From Octopus sinensis (Eukaryota), in NCBI RefSeq assembly GCF_006345805.1, contig NC_043012.1, positions 372,001 to 436,000 of the forward strand: 64,000 nt of DNA, read 5' to 3'. The translations under genes were made by a program, and so were the position numbers. Positions 50,857-63,364 of this stretch are shown one piece after another; the stretch's first letter is position 1, and each line of letters opens with the position of its first letter. The notes beneath the pieces were generated by a model. That model made no database searches. It worked only from the letters and a program-made list of their open reading frames with translations, and had not been told where the DNA came from.

Positions 50857-51020
50857 CGACAGGCTCCTTTCAGTTTCCGTCTACCAAATCCACTTACAAG
50901 GTATTGGTCGGCCCGGGGCTATAGCAGAAGACACTTGCCCAAGATGCCACGCAGTGGGACTGAACCCGGAACCATGTGGTTGGTTAGCAAGCTACTTACC
51001 ACACAGCCACTCCTGCGCCT
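50558..51020 (-). mobile_element. SINE family B, full length
   Basis: Head ...cacagccactcctgcgcc at 51020. Confidence 0.93.
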
Positions 51021-51342
51021 GTAATTTAATTCTCGTCTTTATTCAGTTTTACATCATCCTGGCTATCACATTACCCCTTATGAAAAGGAATTTTTCAAAA
51101 GCAAGTCTCTCTCCACTGCTCTGCTTATTATAACTAGAACTGACTCTGATGAAAATCGCATTAATTTTCTTAGCTCTTTTAATGTTCTCCAATTGATCAA
51201 TAGACTAATTGAATAAACTTATCAGTAATGTACCTATAATGACTACCGGAAACAGCTGTAAGCCAAATTTCGTCCAAGAAAAGAAAAATTATGTAATGAC
51301 CATTATTTGTACCATGATTTATACATACACACACACACACAC

Positions 51343-51373
<31 letters not shown>

Positions 51374-51588
51374 TGTATGAATGTATGTATGTATGTATGT
51401 ATGTATGTATGTATGTATGTATGTTTATATGCATGTATATATAGATATACGAGCAAAACGCCTCCCCGTCAAATGAACGGTGCTGAGCTGTCAAACATTT
51501 AAACCAAATTTTCTCAAAACACCTTGTCCGACCGTCCCATAGGCCTCCCCTTTTGAGAAACACTGATTTAACCTAAATTTGAGACACC

Positions 51589-51825
51589 AGCAAAATAAGA
51601 AATAAAGATAGACTTTTTCTATTCCAAGAAAAACGATTTTACAAATACACGTTCCCACGGCTTTATCGATCGCATTCTCACCTGGAATCGATTTTTGTAA
51701 TCTTTTCAAGACTTATACACGCCCTGATACCGTCGGTATCTACAAATCAAATTTGAGCGCAATCGGATGGAGGATGCCCGAAGTCCTAGAAGACACAAAC
51801 ACAGACAGACAGAACGGATTTTATA
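51589..51825. mobile_element. Non-autonomous dispersed repeat, Helitron/Helentron-like end; copy 2
   Basis: Homologous to 1-240. Confidence 0.55.
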
Positions 51826-52548
51826 CAATAAATATGTATGTTTATATGTATATATGTTTATATATATATATATATATATATGAATTGAATTGAACTGGTT
51901 TCAGCTCACTTGCTGCGGCCATGCTGGGACACCGCCATTTGTATATATATATATATATTTGTATATATATATGTATATATGTATATGTGTGCTGAGGTCG
52001 ATTTCTTCGACTAAAAAGCGGTGCTCCAGCATGGCCACAGTCAAATGACTGACACAAGTAAAAGAATAACAGTTTAAAAGAATATATTTACATGACTTCA
52101 TGTGCGTGAGGGTATGTTTATGTATATATGCTTGTGTGTGTGCGTACACACACACACACACACACACAAACATATATATATATATATTATATATATATAT
52201 ATATAATATATAACACATATATATATATAAATATATATATGTATGTATATATATATATATTATATATATATATATATATATACACATATATATATATTAT
52301 ATATATATAAAAATATGAATATATGTGTGTGTATCTGTGTGCATATGTTTGTGTGCTTATATTTGTGTGCGTGTGTGTGTGTGTGCGAGCGTTTGTTACT
52401 ATATATGTGGAGAGTGTTGGGAGACAGAGATAGATAGCGAGGGCGAGAAGAGATGAAAGCAGACAGACAGACAGACAGACGGACAGACAGACAGACAGGC
52501 AGACAAGCGTGCAGGCGGACAGGCACACTGTCAGATATGCCGACAGGC

Positions 52549-52581
<33 letters not shown>

Positions 52582-53019
52582 GGCCGACAGACAGGCGGAC
52601 AAACAGACAGATGTAGATCAATGTCGGCAGACTGTTCGACACAGTATCACGTTATATAAACTTAGCTTTGTCGTTATTACCACCCTGAAAACTTGGTCGA
52701 CAACCGCCATTGCCTGTCTGTCTGTTCGTCTCACCGTATGAATGTCTGTTGGTCTGTCTGTTTATCTGGTTGTCTGATAGTCTGACCGATTTAGCTGCCA
52801 GCCCTGCTACCCCCTCTGCCACCCCTCCTCACTCCTCTTACTCGCTCTGTCTTTCTCTCTTCCACTTTCTCTCGCTCTCTCGCTCTCTATCTATCTATCA
52901 ATCTATCTATCTGTCTATCTAGCAGTCTCCACTTACATACACACACATACGCACACACTCACACACAAGGCTGCAAACGTATATACGCATGCGCACACAA
53001 ACACAAGCACATATGCACC

Positions 53020-53342
53020 ATCGGTACTATAACCACCGCATCCTCGCCACCATCACCACCACCACCACCACCACCACCACCACCACCACCACCACCACCA
53101 CCCCACCACCGCCCCGCCGCCGCCGCCGCCACCACCACATCTACGAAAACCACCGCTACTACCGCCGTCATCGCCACCACCGACACAGTCACATCCACCA
53201 GCACACGACCACTATCACCGACACCACCACCACCGATGTCACCACTACCGCTACCTCCCACCACCACAACCACTACATATGCTTTCATCACCACACACCA
53301 CTAACCAAACGTCATCACCATCATCACCATCACCATCATCAC

Positions 53343-53374
<32 letters not shown>

Positions 53375-54060
53375 CGATCAACACCCCCACCACCACCACC
53401 ACCACCACTACTACTACTTCTACTACTACTACTACTACTACTACTACAAGCGCAGCCATCGATACCACCAACAGAACTACCACTATCAACTACGTTACTA
53501 ACACCACCTCACTCTACCACCCACCGATACTACCATCACCAACACCAATAACAACAACAACAGCACCACCGCCATAACTAGCGCAACCAGTACCACCATC
53601 AGTACCTTCCACCACCACACACAACCACCCACCAGCATCACCACCACCACCCACCACCACACCACCACCACCACCACCAACACCAACAACAACAACCTAT
53701 CTACCTACCTCACACTACCACCCGGCAACAGCACCACTACCACCGGCACCACAACCACCCTCACATCCATCACCACCCTTACACTTCCACGCTTTTTGTA
53801 CACCCCACCCTCTCCACCTCCACTACCACCATGACCACCAACACGCACCACCACTACCACCACTACCACCACCACCATCACCATCACCACCACTACCACC
53901 ACCACCACCACCACCACCACCATCACCACCACCACCACCACCACCACCACTACCACCACCACCATCACCAACACTACCACTAAAACCACCACCACCACCA
54001 CCACCACCACTATCTCCTACCAACCCCCATAACGCTAACATAACCACCACTATTACCAAA
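53020..54060. repeat. Long compound (CAC/CAT/TAC/CAA)n trinucleotide tract
   Basis: Directly visible; source of the poly-T/H/V/G ORFs. Confidence 0.95.
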
Positions 54061-54678
54061 ACAGAAACACCAACAACACCAGCGCCACCACTAACACAAT
54101 GTTATACCACATTACACGCACACACTCTCTCTCTCTCCCTCATTCACACACACACACATACACACACACACTCTCTCTCTTTCTCTCTCTCTCTTTCGCG
54201 CGCGCTCTCTTTCTCTCGCAGTCGTTGCCCTAGGATACAACCAATCACAGCTTCCGCGATGCCTCAGCACCAGTGTTTTGTTGACAGGTGTTGTCTACAG
54301 ACACCAGTTTAGCATCGAGTAGAGGCAGGTTGGCCAAATATTTTAGCGGCACCTTGGCACAGAGGCGGTGGCGGCGACGGGGGTGGGTGGTAACACTGGT
54401 AGCGATAATAGTACTGGTGCTGGTGGCTGCGGCGATGGTGGTTGTGGTGGTTGTGGTGGTAGTCGTAGTTGTGGTGGTGGTGGTGGTGGTGGTAACGACG
54501 ATAACGTTGCTGGTGCTGGTGTAAGTGGAAGCTGAAGGTGACGTTGATGGGGGTGTGAGCACATGTGGCACGTTGCTAAAAAACGGTGGCACAGATGGGG
54601 CTGCGGGTTTTTCTATACGATAGGCATGGTAGGAGGTTGTTTGCTTACGTAATGATCATGATAGGGAAAACGGAAGAG

Positions 54679-54722
<44 letters not shown>

Positions 54723-55719
54723 GTGAGAGAGCGACAGAGAGCTGTGTGTACATACGTACATATGTATATCAATGCGCGCGCGAGTATTAGTGTGTGTGTG
54801 TGTGTTTTTATCTATAGGCTTTATTACGATTTTAATCATTCCAAATCTAGAGTTGTGGCCATGTTGTGGTACTGCTTTGCTACATCTCTATTATTTCTCT
54901 TTTAATAGGTGGCCTTTGGAGAATGAGTGAGTTTGATGTTGTTGCATTCATTTGCGTTCCCTGCCGTGAAGTTAGTTGATCGATCAGGGTCTCTTGGCTG
55001 CAGGAGATCTACTTTCGTTCTGAAGGCATTCATGAATGTTTCTCAAGTTTTGGGGGCTGAAACTGAAGAGCTCTAAGACTTTGAACCCTAAACTATTGCA
55101 GCATGTGCTCCTGTATTTTGATAGCAAGCGTGGGACCTTTGGCGCTATACAACGGTGGCCTATTCTGCCGTTGAAACCGCGTTCAACCGCTTTTTAGCAC
55201 AGGTGGATACTAAAGCATATCTTTCTCGCCTTCGTTCCACAGAACAGAGACTTATTTATTTGAGTCTTTTCCAATAGCTAATCTGCTGGACTAAGGCAAT
55301 TCTTTTTTGTATAGCTTCCTTTTAGTTAACTTGCTTCGATTATCATTATTAATTTTAAACCGTACCATAGGTGGGAGCATACCATAATTGAGAGCAATTG
55401 CCAAAACGACTTAGAACAAATGTACCTCAACCACATTTGTCAGGTTTCCTGCTCACTTGTTCTGAAAATTCTTAGACCCAATCCGGACTACCCTCTGCAT
55501 TTCATTATCAACTTAGCAATACGTACAATGCGTCATAGCTCATGTCAGTATCCAGGTGACGCACTGATAGTGATCCTGGACTGCAATCTCATTTAGTCCA
55601 GTGTATTGTATAATAAATCACAAAAGAGAATGGCTCTCCTCAGACACAACAATATATGCTTCAACACACGAACTCACATAAAGAATCTTGCAAACCAATT
55701 CCCAAAATAAAATATAAAT

Positions 55720-55851
55720 ATTCCTTTCTGTGGAAGAGCGTAGGCTCGAAATGTTAAAATCTTTTTCACTTCCCGAGCGTTATACTAATACATCTGATTG
55801 TTGTCTACACCACCTGCCTTCGTCGTCTTTTCTTCTTTTGTGAATTCTCCC

Positions 55852-55852
<1 letters not shown>
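55720..55852 (+). mobile_element. PLE-derived short retroposon, CUGUNGA hammerhead family, copy 5
   Basis: CCTTT-CTGTGGA-A-GAGC-GTAG-GCTC-GAAA-TGT-T-AAAAT at 55723-55760, then (TA)n. Confidence 0.72.
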
Positions 55853-55900
<48 letters not shown>

Positions 55901-56304
55901 TATATACATATAAACAAAATATACATACATTTGAATATATATATATTCGCCTCCCCCACATCCCAACACTACCACATCACACCACAACCCACACCACACC
56001 ACACACTACCACACCACACACCACCATACCACACAACATCACGTCACACCACCACGCACACACTAGTAGTGACCATATCCCAGCACCCACACCATCATCC
56101 AGACACCTACACAAGCACACACGCACACATCAAGGTCACCAGTCCCCTTCAACACGTACGTACATGCTCTCTTCTACACACGCACGCGTAACTTCATTTT
56201 GGGATCACCACTACTATATTATCTCCCCTTCTTCCAAGCTCTCCTGTGTGACCCCTCTGTCCGGCATTCGCCATGATAGATCGCAAGCCACTACACATTC
56301 TTTA

Positions 56305-56457
56305 TTTTCCCTCCTTGTTTCTTTTCTGTGTTCCTTTCTGTGAAAGAGCGTAGGCTCGAAACGTTAAAGACATTTTCACATTCCGAGCGTTAAACTAATA
56401 CATCTGTTTGTTGTCTACATCACCTGTCTTCGTCTTTTTTTGTGTGAATTCTCCCCC
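56305..56457 (+). mobile_element. PLE-derived short retroposon, CUGUNGA hammerhead family, copy 6 (G8 to A)
   Basis: CCTTT-CTGTGAA-A-GAGC-GTAG-GCTC-GAAA-CGT-T-AAAGA at 56333-56370. Confidence 0.72.
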
Positions 56458-56524
56458 TATATATAAACATATATATACCTCTACATATACATATATATAT
56501 ATATATATATATTATATATAATAT

Positions 56525-57557
56525 GGTAAACAGTAAAATTAAATACAGACATGGACAAGAACAGAAACACCACAGAGACGACCAAGAACCACAGGACGGG
56601 ACCATCGAAAGCCCCAGTCATCAGTCCAAGAACCAAATCATCTTAGCAATTTCTGCTGATTATCTTGAGATTGCTCCGATATGGCCGCCCGCCAAGGGAA
56701 ATCTAAGCCAAGGCATTAGTCCCCTGGAAGAAAGCTTCGAATGTATACAACGAAAGGACGGAAAACGATCGAATTACACAAACAAAAAACAGATACGTAC
56801 ACCAATAAGAATACCAAAACGTAAAAACAATTAACGGTAAAAATAAAAAATACAACAAAACAAAAACAGACGTAGACAAGGGTCTTCGACAGGACGATTT
56901 GGGTAGGGGCTGGCTTGTGAATTGTGCCTAAGGCCACTGGGAGACGAACACATAACTGTTGCTTCGAGGCTGCTGAAAACGAAAAGAGCGCTAACAGGCG
57001 TCTAGCGTTCACCCGTGAGAACAAAAGACAGGAAAAGGGACAGATGAAAAGGGAGAGAAGGTGGACGAGGGAGGAGAAGAAGAGATCCGATCGAGGGGGC
57101 TGTAGGTGAGAGAGATAGAGAAACGTAGAAAGGGGGGGACGGATGGAGAGGGAAAGAACGAGTGGAATAAGGGAGGAGGGAGAGAGAGAAAAAAAGAGAC
57201 AGATTAAGAGTCGTATCAAGCTGAATAAAAAAATATACTTATCGTATAAGGACAATTGTGGATACGTAGCCGCCGATTATATAGTAAACAGTAAAATTAA
57301 ATACGAACATGGACAAGAACATGAAACACCACAGAGACGACACAAGAACCACAGGACGGACATTCGAAGCCCTCAGTCATCAGGCAAGAACCAGATCATC
57401 TTAGCAATTTCGGCTGATTAATCTTGAGATTGCTTTCCGATATGGCCGGCCCCCCAAGGGAAATCTAAGCCAAGCGCATTAGATCCCCTGGAAGAAAGCT
57501 TCGAATGTATACAACGAAAGGACGAAAACGATCGAAGTACACAAACAAAAATACAGA

Positions 57558-57560
<3 letters not shown>
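56525..57560 (-). mobile_element. Non-coding element with ~275-bp direct terminal repeats (pLTR/LTR-like), between (TA)n tracts
   Basis: Repeats 56525-56796 and 57284-57560 flank a 490-bp core. The element recurs at 58448-59488. Strand inferred from the end abutting (TA)n. Confidence 0.65.
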
Positions 57561-57594
<34 letters not shown>

Positions 57595-58414
57595 TATTTA
57601 CAGACATACATACATGCAAACATATATATATATATATCTATATATGTTTGCATGTATATGCGTGTGTGTGCATTTATTCAGTAATGTGTTTACAAATACA
57701 TAAATATTTTTTTTAATTCGTGTATACTGTTTATGTCCGTGTGAGAATGTACGCGCGAGCGTGTGTCTATATCCATATATCCTTTCACGATAAAATGCAT
57801 TTCAATTTCACCATTTTATTAATTTTCTTATACGTTCTACCTTGTCTCTCTGTCTGTCTGTCTGTCTGTCTTCCTGTTTATTTCTATGTGTATTGATACG
57901 CAAGCATGAACGCATGCACCCTAGTGCGTGTCTCTGTGTACATAACCTCCGAGATGAATTTGCGATGCGAAAACAAGTTGCGGTTTTCCACATTTGAGCA
58001 GTGCTATGAAATTCTTTCACGCAATCAGAAATTCACAGGGCTCCTTCTTGTAAGTCCCAGTTTCTGCTGAGATCTTTGGAAATCAAAGCAATACACCGGC
58101 TGTACTCTGTCCTCATAGGCCCTGTTTGTAGGGTCTATATGTGTGTGTGTACATATGGTTATACATGAAAACATTTATATGTGTATGTATACTCTTTTAC
58201 ACTTTTACTTGTTTCAGTCATTTGACTGCGGCCATGCTGGAGCACCGCCTTTAGTCGACCAAATCGACCCCGGGACTTATTCTTTGTAAGCCCAGTACTT
58301 ATTCTATCGGTCGCTTTTGCCGAACCGCTAAGTTACGGGGACGTAAACACACCAGCATCAGTTGTCAAGCAATGCTAGGGGGACAGACACAGACACAAAA
58401 ACACACACACACGC

Positions 58415-58447
<33 letters not shown>

Positions 58448-60365
58448 GGTAAACAGTAAAATTAAATACAGACATGGACAAGAACATGAAACATCCACAG
58501 AGACGACACAAGAACCACAGGACGGGACATCGAAGCCCTCAGTATCAGTCAAGAACCAGATCATCTTAGCCATTTCGGCTGATTAATCTTGAGATTGCTC
58601 CGATATGCCGGCCCGCCAAGGGAATCTAAGCAAGCGATTAGATCCCCTGGAAGAAAGCTTCGAATGTTACAACGAAAGGACGGAAAACGATCGAAGTACA
58701 CACACAAAAATACAGATACGTGACACCCAATAAGAATACAAAAACGTAAAAACAATAACGTAATAAAAATAACCAACAAAACAAAAACAGACGTAGGACA
58801 AGGTCTTTTTCGACAGGACGATTTGAGTAGGGGCTGGCTTGGGAGTTGTGCCTAAAGGCCACGGGAGACGAACACATACGTGTTGCTTCTGAGGCTGCTG
58901 AAAACGAAAAGAGCGCTCAACACGGCTAGCTGTCACGTGAGAACAAAAGACAGAGAAATGGACAGATGAAAAGGGAGAGAAGGTGGACGAGGGAGGAGAA
59001 GAAAGAGACAGATCGAGGGGGCTGAGGTGAGAGAGATAGAGAAACGTAGAAAGGGGGTGGGGTGACGGATGGAGAGGAAAGGAACGGAGTGGAATAAGGG
59101 AGGAGGGAGAGAGAGAGAAAAAAGAGACAGATAAGAAGTCGTATCACAGCTTGAGAAAAATATACTTATCGTATAAGGACACAATTGTGGATACGTAGCC
59201 GCCGATTATATAGGTAAACAGTAAAATTAAATACTCATGGACAAGAACATGAAACACCACAGAGACGACACAGAACCACGGACGGGACATTCGAAGCCCT
59301 CAGTCATCAGTCAAGAACCAGATCATCTTAGCAATTTCGGCTGATTAATCTTGAGATTGCTCCGATATGGCCGGCCCGCCAAGGGAAATCTAAGCCAAGC
59401 GCATTAGATCCCCTGGAAGAAGCTTCGAATGTACAACGAAAGGACGGAAAAAAGACGATCGAAGTACACAAACAAAAATCCAGAATACATATATATATAT
59501 ATATATTATATATAACTATACATATATATTTACAGACATACATACATGCAAACATATATATATTATATATCTATATATGTTTGCATGTATATGCGGTGGT
59601 GTGTGCATTTATTCAGTAATGTGTTTACAAATACATAAATATTTTTTTAATTCGTGTATACTGTTTATGTCCGAGTGAGAATGTACGCGCGAGCGTGTGT
59701 CTATATCCATATATCCTTTCACGATAAAATGCATTTCAATTTCACACACCATTTTATTAATTTTCTTATACGTTCTACCTTGTTCTTCTGTCTGTCTGTC
59801 TGTCTGTCTTCCTGTTTATTTCTATTGTGTATTGATACGCACATGAACGCATGCACCCTAGTGCGTGTCTCTGTGTACTAACCTCCGAGATGAATTTGCG
59901 ATGCGAAAACAAGTTGCGGTGTTTCCACATTTGAGCAGTGCTATGAAATTCTTTCACGCAATCAGAAATTCACAGGGCTCCTCTTGTAAGTCCCAGTTTC
60001 TGCTGAGATCTTTGGAAATCAAAGCAATACACCGGCTGTACTCTGTCCTCATAGGCCCTGTTTGTAGGGTCTATATGTGTGTGTGTACATATGGTTATAC
60101 ATGAAAACATTTATATGTGTATGTATACTCTTTTACACTTTTACTTGTTTCAGTCATTTGACTGCGGCCATGCTGGAGCACCGCCTTAGTCGACCAATCG
60201 ACCCCGGGACTTATTCTTTGTAGCCAGTACTTATTCTATCGGTCGCTTTTGCCGAACCGCTAAGTTACGGGGACGTAAACACACAGCCACATCAGTTGTC
60301 AAGCAATGCTAGGGGGACGACACACAGACAAAAACACACACACACGCATATATATATACATATAT
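56525..60365. repeat. ~1.93-kb tandem duplication (56525-58447, 58448-60365)
   Basis: Landmarks are offset by 1923-1936 bp. The breakpoints lie in (TA)n tracts and the copies differ mostly by 1-2 bp indels. Confidence 0.9.
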
Positions 60366-60529
60366 ACGACAGGCTTCTTTCAGTTTCCGTCTACCAAATC
60401 CACTCACAAGGCATTGGTCGGCCCGGGGCTATAGCAGAAGACACTTGCCCAAGATGCCACGCAGTGGGACTGAACCCGCAACCATGTGGTTGGTTAGCAA
60501 GCTACTTACCACACACCCACTCCTGCGCC
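60126..60529 (-). mobile_element. SINE family B, full length (3' half duplicated at 58190-58412)
   Basis: Head ...cccactcctgcgcc at 60529. Confidence 0.92.
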
Positions 60530-60574
60530 TATATGTATATACATATATATGCAGTTAAGAGAACAAAATGTCAC

Positions 60575-60775
60575 CGATGACAAAATCCACTGCGGGCAAA
60601 TTCCCTCCGGACAAATTTTACAAAAATATATCAACTAATAAGTATTTCAAAGCTTTTTATAAACTTTAATTTTCCTAAAATATTTTTATTGTAAAGAAAG
60701 AACAATATCCTGGGAAATATTAAATTCCGGGGAATTTTGTCCGGAAGGATTTGGTCGGAGATTTTGTTCTTGGGC
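60575..60775. mobile_element. Small MITE-like inverted-repeat element with ggacaaaat-type subrepeats
   Basis: gacaaaatcc..caaattccctccggacaaattt versus ggaattttgtccggaaggatttggtcggagattttgttc. Confidence 0.45.
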
Positions 60776-60999
60776 GATTTTGAGATATAGTGCTATATAT
60801 GCGTCTGTATGAGTGTATGTGTGTGCACGTATACATTTCTGTAGTAGTAAGTGTGTGAATGAATGCATATATATAAACCCTTGTGCGCGCGTGAGTGTGT
60901 ACGTTCACATGTGTTTCCTTCTATTCTTTTACTGATGGGATCTATGATTATTCTTCCATAACATCCAACACAAACATAATTGTAGCAACCCAAACTGAA

Positions 61000-62450
61000 G
61001 AAAATAACACCTCATTATCCAAACATCTATGGACATTAAAATAAAATTAAAAAAATAACTAGTTAGCATTATTTAGGAAATTTTGTCTCACAAAACACAC
61101 TTACATGAGAACAAAAAAAGATCTTACAGCATTCTCATATTTATGAATAATTCTGAATAAGAAATTTGCATTTGTCTCTTCCTGAGCATACAAAATCTTG
61201 AAAAGACAGATATTTTACACGAATATTTTTTCTAATGATAATATAAAACCTACTTTCCTCTCCACCTCATCCACAGAAAATATCCCTCAAATATACATAT
61301 GCACTAACGTTACAGCTTTTCACTAAACAACTGCTGTAGAAATTATCTAAAAGTTATCTAAATTCCAACCAAAAGATCCACAAAACTTTTGTAATATAAG
61401 TGCATTAATATAGATAGACGCACTTACACACACGCACACACGCACTACACACACATACCTACATACATATATGAACACATACATACATACACATATACAT
61501 GCAGAGATTTTCGAGGATTAACCTGCTTTGAAACTTTATTTTCTGTATCCATTTTTATATATAATTATATGCACACATAATTAGAATACCCCATATTTTA
61601 GTATAATGATATGCCTCAATTAATATATTATAAATATTATTTCTGATACCCAAGCATTGAACCGAATACGTAAAAAATATCTGAAGATTGTAAACAAACT
61701 TTACTTTCCTAAGGACAAAAGTTAAATTTTCTAAATAGTAATCAAATATCACCAAGAAAAATCAAGTCCTACTGAAAAAATTGCTTTCGGTTTAATACGA
61801 AAAACATGTCCAAAAGCTGACACGTGTAAATAACCACACCTAAACCATTACATGCTTGACTGAACACTAAACAAAAGCTTTCAATTTCCCATAATAGACA
61901 GGTTAAACTCTCCTAAATGTAACCAACAGTAAGTAAAGAAATATTAAGACCACTTAAACTTTCCACCTACTTACATTCTTTTGTGAACATGTAAAACATT
62001 TCTGACCTAAAGATGACGCACCTAAATGCACACACCTAATTACAACATTTTAAAAACTTGCTGCAACTCAGCTATATCCCCCACACATCTAAAACAATCA
62101 GTTGAAATCTCTCTTTTGTATTCAACTAAGATAAACAACGTCCATCTATAGCTGACATATCTAAGTAAACACAACTGATTACAACGTTGTACATACTTGA
62201 ATGAATACTGAATAAAAACATAGCTCCAAGGTTAACCAACGAAATTCTTCCATATTATCTTTACCCCAGAAGCTATCCGACATCATAATTATACAACAGA
62301 TTTCCACTTATCCTAGAACATTAAAACATACAAGAGATTATATATAAGCCAAGAAGAGCTCAAATGTAAAACTGTCCGATAAAGATAGAACAGGCTTGGA
62401 CATTGAAGTCACTATCAACGCTATTATTGTTTTGAAGAATGAATATGCAC
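61000..62450 (+). mobile_element. Highly decayed CR1/L2-type LINE (RT N-terminal region)
   Basis: Remnants IPHTSK..DKQRPS..LE*ILNKNI..LTNEILP and a pre-RT NQK..KTF segment; A-rich plus strand with many stops. Confidence 0.4.
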
Positions 62451-62586
62451 TCTACAAATCATACCTTGTAATACTTAAGGTTTAATGTAAAACCTCGAGT
62501 GCAGAACAAGCATTAGTACGAGTGTCTGTATGTATATATATATACATATATATACACATGTGTGTGTATGCATATATATATTTATA

Positions 62587-63363
62587 CAGGGGTTGAACAA
62601 AATAATGGAAACACCTTAACATTTTAAACAAATTTATTTTAATATGGAGTATGACTGTCTTTGGTAGTAATTACAGTTTGAATTCTAAAAGGTATGGACT
62701 CGTGCAAGTTTGAATTGTTTCCAAAGGAATATTTGTCCTTTCTTCAGCTAACACTGTCTCCAGTTCTTGTAGTGATGATGGTGGAAGATATCGACTCCTT
62801 ACTTGTTTTCCTGAAATGCACCATAAATGTTCAATAATATTGAGATCTGGGGACTGTGGTGGCGATATAAGATGTTAAACTTCACTGGAATGTTCCTAGT
62901 GTCATTCAGTAACAATTTTAGCTGTGTGAAGTGGTCCATTACCATCCTGAAAGATTGCGTATCTCTCTGCAAACATAGAATGAATTTGATTAGATAAAAT
63001 GTTTAAATAGTCTTGACTATTAATTCTGCCATAAAGGGAAACCATTGAACCGGCGGATTTCCAAGATCATCACAGATCCTCCTTCATGTTTAACAGTTGG
63101 AAGAAGGCAGTCTGGGTCAAATGCTTCTTTTCGCTGTCTCCCCAGGTATACTCGGTCGGTGGTCGGAAACAAGGTAAAGGATAACTCGTCCGAGAAAATA
63201 ACATTCTTCCACTGCTCTCGGGACCAATTCTGTATTTTTTCACTCTACTCTAAATATTTTGCAACGTTTGTTTTTGAAAGAAGTGGTTTTCTGATTGATG
63301 CCCTCCCGTGAATTCCGTTTTAGTGCAGCTCCCGAGGAACAGTTTCTGTGAAAACTGTGTTCT
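62587..63363 (-). mobile_element. Tc1 element, second copy of the 11646-12878 family, truncated
   Basis: TA + caggggttgaacaaaataatggaaacac TIR, collinear with 11646-12420. Confidence 0.9.
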
Positions 63364-63364
63364 A

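Noticed and set aside
57345-57395. Minus-strand CUGAUGA...GAAU in the terminal repeats as a hammerhead
   Set aside because: GAAU instead of GAAA, no stem II closing pair and no stem I pairing found.
340-60993. Most ORF-track entries (IY, CV, TH, CMYV, YLSI, poly-N/L/I/T/V/H/G/D proteins)
   Set aside because: They are translations of (TA)n, (CA)n, (TACA)n, (TCTA)n and trinucleotide microsatellites on both strands, with no domain content.
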